Part shown: positions 54,248-64,000 of the stretch, piece by piece
How positions within the stretch are numbered: position 1 is the stretch's first letter
Layout of the letters: each line of letters opens with the position of its first letter
Assembly (NCBI GenBank): GCA_037447605.1
Contig: CM074809.1
Span: 3,276,689-3,340,688, forward strand
Direction: 5' to 3'
DNA: 64,000 nucleotides
Origin: Zygnema circumcarinatum SAG 698-1b
Taxonomy: Eukaryota > Plantae > Zygnematophyceae
Program-made: the position numbers and the translations under genes
The notes under the pieces: generated by a model
Databases searched by the model: none
What the model was told of the DNA's origin: nothing
Seen by the model: the letters and a program-made list of their open reading frames with translations, nothing else

Positions 54248-57200
54248 TGTTAGTGTATAGTAGTTAGTCACTAGACAAGTTGTTGTTGGGACATTAGTTT
54301 TGTGTGCGTGTGTTGTGTGTGGCCCTTGGCGGCGATGTGTGCCTAGACCGACAGGCGGCGGTACAGACTTTGGTCGGTGGAGAGAGCGGGCGCGCGGAGC
54401 CGAAGTGACGAGGCTGACGTGACGATTTGAAATGTGACGGGCGCGACGCGACGCTGAGCGTAATTGAAGATGTGATGCGACGCCAAACCGCGCGTAAATT
54501 TGAAGTGACGCGGGCGCCGCGCCAGCCTTTGGATTGGCTGATTTGACTTGCCGCGGCGGGCGCTGCATTGTCGGGCGCTACGCTGATTCAGAATTGTACG
54601 GAGCTGGCCAATTGTCGGGTATGCGGAGACGACGCTGGTGATTGACGCGGCTATCTATCTTGGAGGCAAGGTCAGATCCTACGGCGCAAGACGTGGATTG
54701 AACGAAAGGCTGAGTGGATCCGATGGAAGCCAAGAGCTGGATCCGTGTGAGTCTACGAGGATCCGACGGCGCAGAATTAGGATCGGGATAGGGCCCTTGC
54801 AAGCTGCTAGTCGATGTTGTGAAGCTTCATAGCATGTTGTCACGTGTGAAGTGACATTGTATTTAAGGATTGGCTTTTGTTGTGTAGGCTAATTCATTCA
54901 GGCTGTTGTAGTCTCTGTTATGCTGTTTGCTCGTGTTGCAACACTACACTTGCTCGTGCTGCGAGGTAGTGAGCTGTGAGATTGCTGAGCGGCCGATTTG
55001 AGAGGGGGTCTCTCAATGTATGAGTGAATTCATTATTAAGGAGTTTTAGAGCCAGGAACTTTCTCCTATCCTTTTCTCTTTGTTATTCCGCTGTGCATTA
55101 TTCTGTGAGATTCACTCTATGAGTAAAATGGGCTATGAGTGAATGTGAGAGAGATTTGGAATGTCATCATCGATTGGAACGCGAACTCTGATGGAGGGTG
55201 ACCCGAACGGAGGAACGGACGGGAGCAGTGGAGGAGTCCTTGCACCAACAAGTGGTATCAAAGCTTATGGAGACTCGGAGGACCACGTCAAGTTTAGTAT
55301 TCTGGCCTTTGATGGGCAGGATTACAAAGCATGGAGATGGAGGTTGGTTCCCCTGCTTGTTGGCAAGGGGTTGCTTGGGTATGTTGATGGCAGCATCAAG
55401 GCGCCGGAGTTACCGGTTGGAGCCTCTGCGGAGCAGCAGTCGGAGCACGACGTGGCGCTCGCGCGATGGAGAGCCAAGGACAACAAGGCCCTGACGCAGA
55501 TTGTAATGAGCGTAAGAGGAAGTCCGTCCTCTATGCTATATGATCTGAAAACCTCTCATGCTATGTGGAGATGCCTAGAGGAAATGTATGATNNNNNNNN
55601 NNAGATGAAGATGACTTCAGATGAGAAACTAGAAGCTTATATGGTCAGGTTTGATGCTCTGATGGAGAGGTTCATAGCCTTGGGGAAACCATTAGAGGCA
55701 GACCATAAGATAAGCCAGTTTCTAGGGGGTTTGACCAGTAGATTTGATGTAGCAGTGGTGGCTTTGAGGACAGTCCTGACTAATACCACGATGACTCTTG
55801 AGCAAGTCAGGCGTAGGATAAAGGAGGAGGACTCCATCGAAGATGTCGGCAGCCCTGAGGAGAAAGTGCTTGCATTGCACACTCGACCGAATCGAAGAGG
55901 AGGCGCCCCGAAGTCAGCCCGAGGAGAACGCTCGGCGATTACGTGTTATACGTGTGGCAAGATCGGCCACTACTCCAGCGATTGCTTCAAGAACAGAGGC
56001 AGCAAAGAGGAGGAAACGTGACTTCATCCGTCAAGAAGGAGAAGAAGGCGTTCAGTGGCACGTGCTTCAAATGCAAGAAGAGAGGCCACAGGAGTTCAGA
56101 CTGCAAGGTAGCAGTTGAGAACAACCTCTTGCTGGTAGAGAATACTGAGAATGCGTTTGTGGGAAGGATTCAGGTAGAGGATCCGAAGCAGCCGTGGCTG
56201 ATTGATTCCGGCGCTTCTACGCATATGTGCGGAGACACATCGATGTTCTCCAAGCTTGACAACTTGGAGAAGACACGCTCAGTCCATTCAGCAACCGGTG
56301 AAGGAGTCACCGTGACAAGAGGTGGAGCCGTGAGGATGGTCCTCGGAGACGGCTCGGTCATCAATGAAGAAGACATACAAGAGAAGTTGTCAATTGGTGA
56401 CGTTCTTCACACCCCNNNNNNNNNNTGCCCATTGCTTTATGATCACGGAGCCACAGACCTTTGAGGAAGCACACGACGGAGTCGATGGCGACAAATGGCT
56501 GGTGGCGATCGATAGCGAGTAGGACAGCTTGATAGAGAACGGCACGTGGAGGTTGGAGGAGCTGCCTCAAGGGAGGCGAGCTATTGGCTGCAAATGGGTC
56601 TTCAAAGTCAAGAGGAAGGCAGACGGAAGCGTGGACAGGTACAAGGCGTGGCTAGTGGCGAAGGGATATGCCCAGCAGTATGGGGTTGACTACATGGAGA
56701 CGTTCGCTCCAGTGGTAAAGTTCAATTCCTTGAGAGCCTTGATTTCCATCGCAGCGGCTGAAGGAATGCATGTCCATCAGCTGGACATCAAGACGGCATT
56801 CCTGTACGGAGATCTAACGGAAGAGATCTACATGGAGCAGCCGGAGGGGAAGGTGGTCCCAGGAAAGGAACACCTAGTCTGTCGACTAGTGAAGAGCCTA
56901 TATGGTTTGAAGCAGGCGCCTAGAGTGTGGTATGAGAAGATAGATGATCTTCTGAGGAGGAATGGTTTCGACCGATTCGAAACAGATCATTCCGTGTACC
57001 GTCAAGGAGAGGGGGCGGACATCATGTTCGTCAGGATCTACGTCGATGATCTCATAATGGTGAGCCTCTCGCTTGAAAGAATCAGTTCCTTGAAAGAGTT
57101 GCTTCAGGCAAACTTCAAGATGTCAGATTTGGGGGAGGCGCAGTATCTGCTTGGAATGCAGTTGAAGAGGGGGCAGGATGGCAGCTTATTCTTGTGTCAG

Positions 57201-57408
57201 AAGAAGTATGCATCGGATATCCTTGCCCGGTTCCACATGGAAGATTCTAGGCCATGCTCCAGCCCGATGGAGGTAGGCGCTAGATTGTCGAAGGAGATGT
57301 CACCTTCGAGTGCAGCAGAGGCGCAGAAGATGTTCGGAGTGCCTTATAGGTCTGCGATTGGGAGTCTGATGTACCTGATGATTGGAATGCGTCCGGATCT
57401 GGCGAAAG
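54248..57408 (+). mobile_element. Ty1/copia copy 2 (5' LTR 54248-55250, PBS, gag, protease, gap, RT), interrupted at 57409
   Basis: Same family as copy 1. RT ORF 56529-57408 has IGCKWVFKVK, YKAWLVAKGYAQQYGVDYMETFAPV, HQLDIKTAFLYG, LVKSLYGLKQAPR, IYVDDL and YRSAIGSLMYL. Frameshift near 56010. The 3' end is outside the window. Confidence 0.93.
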
Positions 57409-60400
57409 TGTTGATGTATAGGTACATCAAGGTGTTGGTACTTAGTTCCTAGCATGGATGTTGTCCAAGAGATCATGTGTTGATGTAGGGGCAATGTCAT
57501 GCATGAATGGTCATGTTTGGTGTAGGACCAAACATGGGGGGTGCCCAAAGTGCTAGGGCATGGTACGGAAGGTCTAGGGAAGGTCTAGGGTCGTAGATTT
57601 ACGGCTTAGGCTTAGACCGTACCAAAGGGGGTGCGCTGGATGCGCATTAATTGATCTGGAGCGCGACTGTACGGACGGCGCGCGACTGTACGGACGACGC
57701 GGAAATGTTCGGACGCGGAGGTCTTTGGCGCGAAAGGCGGATCTGCACTAAGCGACATGATTGGTCGCGCCAGAGTGCAGATCGCGACGCAATCTCCAAG
57801 CGGAACATGACTCATGATTAGGTATGTACTTTCGAGGTACGGACATTGGTCGGTGCTGAGGCCCAGCGCGGCGGAGTCAGAAGTGACGTGGCACGACGCG
57901 GCAGATTCGAAAGTGACAAGGCGCGACATCAGAATGTCGGCGCAGTGAATCAGGAGTGAGGAGGCGCTGCATCAGCAGTGTCTCATGTGGAGGACAGTGG
58001 CGAATCGGAAGGCGCCACGTGTCAGATTCGGGGTAAGTAAGCCTGTAGGCCTAGGGTCGGGTGGCGACCGTAGGCTTACGGGGTCCCACATACAGTTGAG
58101 TTAGTGAGGAGTCAGATCGTACGGTGCAGGACGAGGATCAAGATGAGGCTGAGTTGGATCCGACGGGCTGAGGAGCTGGATCCGTGTGAGCCAAGGAGGA
58201 TCCGACGGAGCACGATTAAGATCAGGATAAGGCCCTTGCAAGGCGCCGCATGGGTGGCCGTGACATGACGGCGTCACGTGACAAAGGCCGCCATGGTATA
58301 TGAGGGAGCAAGCTTGGCTTCCTACTTACCTCACTCATACTCACCACCTCGAGACGCTATGCTGCCTCAACCTTCGTTAGAAGAAGAGAAAGGGCAGAGC
58401 GAGAGGCCATCTTGAGGAGTCCGGCCTGTAGGGGTCGAAAGAACTGTCTCTCATCATGGTTAGCTCTAGTGAAAGAGTTATGGATGTGTCCCTCTCTCGT
58501 TGAGGTAGAGGAGAAGTTCAAGCAAGCATGTTGTGCTTAGCGTATCGCAGTTGCGTAAGCTGCCTATCGCTGATAGGTAGTGCTATGAGGAGGAGAATCG
58601 GCACAAGGTTATATGTAGATTTCCTAAGAGAGCTTTATTACACCTATGAACGTATGAGTTTTAGGGCCGGTGGCTTTTCCTTATACTGGCTATCCGTCAT
58701 ACGCCAGCCCCAGGTTGGATTGGAGTGATGGATGAGTGGAGGCTAATTATTGTGGGCGGTGTGTCGATCACACGCGGAGACCATTGGAGGAGCGCTGGAG
58801 TCAAGGGAGCTCTAGACCATGGAGGAGACGAAGAAGTGTTCTCAGAAAAGCGACGCTGCTTTGTTATCCGGCCAGCGCCAAGCATCTCGGTGAGGGGAGG
58901 AAGAGAAGGCATATCGTGGCGAAAGCGGTATGTGGCCTAAGTAGAAGTGGAAGAAGTTTTAGAGTTTCACTCTAGCATGTTTTATCCTTCCACTAGTCTC
59001 CTTCTCACACCAACAAACGGTATCGCAGCCTATGGTTGAAGCCCTCGATATCGGCGCTTAAGGTCTGGCCCTAGAGCTTATGGGTGAAACTCTAAAGAGT
59101 ACAAGTGATGTTGAGGGTCCCGAGCGCATCGGCGAGTGGATGCAGCTCCCTTGAGAGTATATGGGTTCCAAAGGAGAGATCCTTGACTAGAGAAAGAAAT
59201 GAAGGAATGGGCTTTCGGGGAGCCTGGGCATTGGCTCAAAGGTACTAAGAGGGATAGATATGGTCAAACCTCCTAGTCACGCTTGATGGTTCTGCTTGTA
59301 GCAAAGTGTTGTCGAAATAGTCACTTTGGAGAAGCATGAAGGAGAGAATGCGTTTAGAGTTCAGTCTTGATGTACCATGGAAAGAGTGCGTAAAGAAGGC
59401 TGACAATCCATATTCCGGTCTGGCTGCTTTTGAGAGACTTGGCTCGAAAGTCAAGGTCCAACGGGCGTGGAGGTGGTGCATTGAGTTGCACACTTTCGAG
59501 GTGACCCAATCCTCAAATGTGAGTTGGAGGTGGCAATAGTGAGGGACGCATTGCCGGCGCGGACTCACCTTGACGCCATATGCTCGGATATGCGTCGAAG
59601 GCTGGGTTGTTTCCATCAAAGGATTCGGAGAGGAGGACTTTGACGGCACTCTCGAGAAGTGAGAGGGCTCCGCCATATCGGTGATTGCCATGGTATGTGG
59701 AGGGGATGACCCTTCAAGCACACTCTGGGATTGTGAGACTAGCTGGGAGTTGGGAGATCAATGAACTAGAATCTTCACATAGGTTGTGGGAGAGGCTAGG
59801 AGAGGTGCTGGGTGGCAAGGAGTGCCACGGATGGAAAGAGTTCACTTCAAATGCGTTTGGGGTGAAGGAGGCCCAAGATCTAGGGTCTAAGAGAGAGAGC
59901 TGCCCAAGGAACCACATTGTTAAATCCCACTAAGTCCGGTGGACGAGCTAGTGGAATTGATAGTCACTAAGATGTTGAAGTGATGGACCACTAAGGAGGA
60001 GTTTAGGAATTCCCCAAGGAGCAGTTGAGGAGATCAATCTCGAGGCAGGGAAGGTCGTGCAACTTCCCCCTATGAGGAGTCTACTTCAATGAGGAGTAGA
60101 TGTACAGGCGAGTAGAATGGATAGAGTCAAAAGGAATTGACAACCATTCAAGGAGGGGCAAGGCTGAAGTCGGACAAGGAGGATTCCACTCCAAGTCGAC
60201 ATTTTGGAGCCGTGAGCTCGTGGAGATCACATTGCTAACGAACTTGCAGAGCTTATCTTGTGGAGGGATCATTCGGATCCAAGGAGACGGCATGGTGGCT
60301 CAAGTGTGTCCAGACGTGGACGGAATCTTTGTTTGAAGAGTTTGCTGGGAGTGCACGCCTAGTTTACTCTCTGAACAAGATAGTGACCTATTCGGCGGTG

Positions 60401-63400
60401 GTTTGAAGCTGTCGATCTCAAGAGAAGCCGGGTTATAGTCGGGTGGATCTCGGCGAGAAGTGGCGCATGTACCGCCGGAAGACAAGTGAAGTACTCCTTT
60501 AGCCACAAAAGTTTGTTTGAAATTTTCCTTAAAAAAGCGAATTTATTTTGGAGGCAATCAAGTGGAGTTAGATGCCGGTTGCTGTGAGTTACATCACATG
60601 CAGATGGCGACCCTCATGATGGGATAGAGCGGAGTAGCTTGTACTTTTCAAAGAGGAAGGTGCGCGAATGGACCCGTTGCACGATAGCCAGGAGCTCAAG
60701 ATCAAGGAACTCTGGACACCTAAGCTAAGAGCTTGAAGATGCTTGCAAGGACCAGGATCTTGAGAGGTGCCTAGGTCCAGAAGTCACAAGGAGGGAAGAG
60801 ACGCCGACATGGAGCTAGTGTGATCGCACTCATGAGGGGATGGCGCTCTTATGCAAGGTACCGCACCCTTGCATACCTTGTGTGTGATAGAGTTTTGAGG
60901 GGGAGGTTTCGTTTCCCTCAAAGGAAGAAGATAGTAAGACTCGGCGACTTGGTTGGAGGAGGATGCTACAAGGGTAGCCCAATTGGCCCAATCAAGCTTA
61001 TCATTAGCGGGGGAGCAGCTAGACGATGGACCGGTGATGCTGACTTCAGATGACTTCTCTCCGAGATAGGAGACATGAAGAAGGTGCTATGATAGAGGAG
61101 GCTGAGCAGTCTTGAAGAGTTGAAGCGACGAACTTGAAGGTTTGAGGAGCTGCGAGTGATCATGGAGATCAAGAGGCGGCAAGGAGCGCTTGAAGGCGCG
61201 GCTAGTGGCAACGGAATCAAGGGACGAGCAGAGTGTGGAGAATGTCATCATGATGATGGTGCAGTACACTTCCCTTCGTGGTATTCCTTAGAAAGTCACT
61301 AAGCTAGAGTGAGGTGTTTTCAGATGCATATGAAAGGTGCAAGAATTACACTCTTTGGAGAAATTGACATGCAATGAAGAAAGTGTCAAGCAGGGTTTGT
61401 AGGACCCTGATAAGGGAAGAGGAACATCCGGTTTGCCAGCTCATTGATGGAGAACATGAGCAGAATTGAGACCCCAAAGGTGGAGTACAAGAGGAGGGTG
61501 CCAAGATGTCGAAGCTAGAGTTGTGCTTTGGAGGACCAGGCCTTGTACAGGTAGGCTGTTTAGCTTAAGAGGGGGTAGGCAAGGTGTTCAGATTTGACCT
61601 TGGCAGATGGCGCTGAGGAGAGATTGTCCATGGGGGACATGTGAGTAGAGAGAATGTCCATGGGAGGACATGTGAGTTCATAGTGCGAGGTCCCAGGATC
61701 GTGTAGTGGAAGTTGTTAGAGAAGGCGGCACTTCATTTGGATGGAGGCCTACAACAAGTGGCGAGAGTACCACAAGGAGGATTCATGGGACAGATATGAA
61801 CGACCTCATGTTTATGAGGGGGTGAGCGGCATATGGAGAAGCTGTCTTCATGGATATGTGAGTTGGGAGGAGAAGATGGGACTTCTCAGGTTTACCTTGG
61901 AGGATGAATTCCTTTGAAGAGTTCGAGGTTGAAGGTTCCTCACCACATTGTCGACAAGGGGTAAATAACTACCAAGGAGATTGTGATGTGCAGGATTGCA
62001 CATGGGCGAAGACCATCTATTGGAAGAGGTGGCCCGGGGGAGAGTGCAATGGCTGTTGCATTCACGGCGGAATCAATTCAAGGGAATTGATGTGCAAGCC
62101 AAGAAGGCATGCCTAGTTAGTTGCTGCTGCTTTAGGTGCCATGTTAGAGAAGCTTGCAAGGAACTTACGTACCAAGAGGGGGATTGTTGATGTATAGGTA
62201 CATCAAGGTGTTGGTACTTAGTTCCTCGCATGGCTGTTGTCCAAGAGATCATGTGTTGATGTATGGGCAATGTCTTGCATGAATGGTCATGTTTGGTGTA
62301 GGACCAAACATGGGGGGTGCCCAAAGTGCTAGGGCATGGCAATGGAAGGTCTAGGAAGGTTCAGTATCGTGATTTACTACTAGGCTGCATCAGTATCAGG
62401 GGTGCGCCGGATGCCGCGCATTAATCGATCTCGAGCGCTGACCAGACGGGACGGGCGCTACGATCAGACGGACGACGCGAAATGTTCGACGCTGAGGTTC
62501 GGCGCGCTTGATTCGCATCTGCTTACATGATTGGTCGCGCTGTGAGTGCGTGACGCGACGCACTTCCAAGCGGAACATGACTCATGATTAGGTATGTACT
62601 TTCAGGTACCTGACATTGGTCGGTACGCAGGCCCGGGCCGCTGGGCGAGTCGTAAGTGACGGGCACGCACGCCGCGCATTCGAAAGGACAAGGCGCGACA
62701 TCGTAATGTCGGGCGCTAGCGAATCGAGGAGGAGGGGCGCCGCGATCGCCAGTTGTCTCTGGCGTGGAGGACAAGGGCTTAATTCGTGGAAGGCTTCACG
62801 GTCGCATTCGGGTGGCCTCGTGAGGGCCTAGGTCGGTGGCGACCGTGAGGGCTTACGGGGTCCCACACACATGTACCGAAGTTAGTGAGGAGTCGACGAC
62901 GGCAGTGACGGTGGATCAAGATGAGGTCAATTGATCCGGACGGGCCGAGGAGCCGGATCCGTAGTCAAGGGAGGATCCGACCGGAGCACGCATTAAGATC
63001 GTGATAAGGCCCCTTTGCAAGGCCGCATGGGTGGCCGCGGACATGACGGGCCACGCGACAAAGGCCGCCATGGTATATGAGGGAGCAAGTTTGGCTTCCT
63101 ACTTACCACACCATACCACTCACCGAACGCTATGCCGCCTTCAACCTTCGCAAGCCAGAAGAGTAGGCAGAGGGCGAGGAATTGAGGAGTCCGGCCTTGT
63201 GTAGGGGGTCGTGAAAGAACTGTCTCTCATCATGGTTAGCTCTAGTGAAAGAGTTATAGATGTGTCCCTCTCGTGTTGAGGTAGAGGAGAAGTTCAAGCA
63301 AGCATGTTGTGCTTAGCTACCAAGTAGCTTGGGTGTAAGTCAGCTTCATCGCTGGATAGGTAGTGCTCAGAGAGTGAGGAGAACGGGCATAAGGTTATAT

Positions 63401-63813
63401 GTAGATTTCCTAAGAGAGCTTGCAGGTCACAGTCTATGAATGTTAAGGAGTTTTAGCCGCAGGGCTTTCTCCTTATACTTCTGTGTCATCCGGTCACATG
63501 TGAGTCCTGTGTTGGATTGGAGTGATGGCTTTATGGGAGGCTTACTCATTGTATGGGCGTGTAGTCGCATCACACGTGAGAGACTATTGAGGAGCTTGGA
63601 GTCAGAAGGAGCCGAGACCATGGAGGAGATGAAGAAGTGTTCTTGTAGGTGACGCGTTTTGTTATCCGCTGTGCGCACCTGGTGAGGGGAAGAGAAGGCA
63701 TATCGTGGCGGAAGCGGTATGTGGACTAAGTAGAAGTGGAAGAGGTTTTGGAGTTTCACTCAAGCATGTTTTATCCTTCCACTAGTCTCTCCTTCTGCCC
63801 CCTCACACCAACA
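57409..63813 (+). mobile_element. Non-autonomous large-LTR element (LARD-like): LTR 57409-59015, ~3.2-kb internal region without intact ORF, LTR 62185-63813
   Basis: ~1.6-kb LTRs TGTTGATG...CCAACA; degenerate PBS (AACGGTATCGCAGCC) after the first; PPT AAGAGGGGGAT before the second; no pol domains recognisable. Confidence 0.85.
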
Positions 63814-64000
63814 AATGGTATCAGAGCTTATGGTTGAAGTCTTGGAGCATTTGGTGCTTAAGGTTCTGTCCTAGAGCTTATGGGTGAAATCCTAAAGAGT
63901 GCCAAGTGATAGTGAGGGTCCTGGAGCGTACTGAAGTGAGGGATGCAGTTCCTTGAGAGTATGGGTTCCAAAGGAGAGATCCTTGACTGTGAGAAAGAGT
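63814..64000 (+). mobile_element. Start of a second internal unit of the same element (tandem LTR-int-LTR-int array)
   Basis: The LTR end is followed by an intact PBS TGGTATCAGAGC (63816-63827) and sequence homologous to 59030-59200, instead of the expected TSD GAAAG. Confidence 0.85.

Noticed and set aside
1-64000. rRNA, snRNA or complete tRNA genes, and prokaryotic systems
   Set aside because: None recognised by eye; the only tRNA-complementary sequences are retroelement primer-binding sites. A covariance-model scan was not possible.

Overview
Eukaryotic genomic DNA from the green-plant lineage; a streptophyte alga or early-diverging plant is my inference from gene content and intron style, and the species cannot be named from sequence alone. 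The window has two sharply different halves. About 1-42.9 kb is gene-rich, with eight genes whose reading frames I could trace by hand: plastid RseP/ARASP metalloprotease (+), an R3H/G-patch protein (+), a HemW-like radical SAM protein (+), a HAT/TPR (Mbb1/HCF107-like) protein (-), meiotic ASY1/HOP1 (+), mannose-6-phosphate isomerase (-), a COA3-like small protein (+), and an ~889-aa protein with a catalytically dead pyrophosphatase domain and a TPPK/KSP repeat tail (-). Small non-autonomous repeats lie between them: two foldback elements with 8-bp TSDs, a 5'-truncated RLE non-LTR fragment, CCAATGG palindrome arrays, two dispersed repeat families and an 84-bp tandem repeat. From 43.1 kb to the end is a nested retrotransposon pile. 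An old CRE-like non-LTR RT ORF is split by five LTR-type insertions; four have both TSD copies in the window and rebuild the ORF when removed. The pile includes two Ty1/copia copies, two further LTR families, a ~450-bp TRIM family and a tandem LARD-like element. The two most unusual signals are (1) TRIM LTRs whose core is tRNA-like, with a Pol III B box at canonical tRNA spacing (a possible tRNA analogue of Cassandra), and (2) a Gag N-terminal peptide encoded inside the LTR and kept in frame across three copia LTR families. Several 10-N gaps are placeholders that hide sequence, and one ~1.03-kb block is duplicated, probably as an assembly artefact. All calls are by eye; no searches were run.
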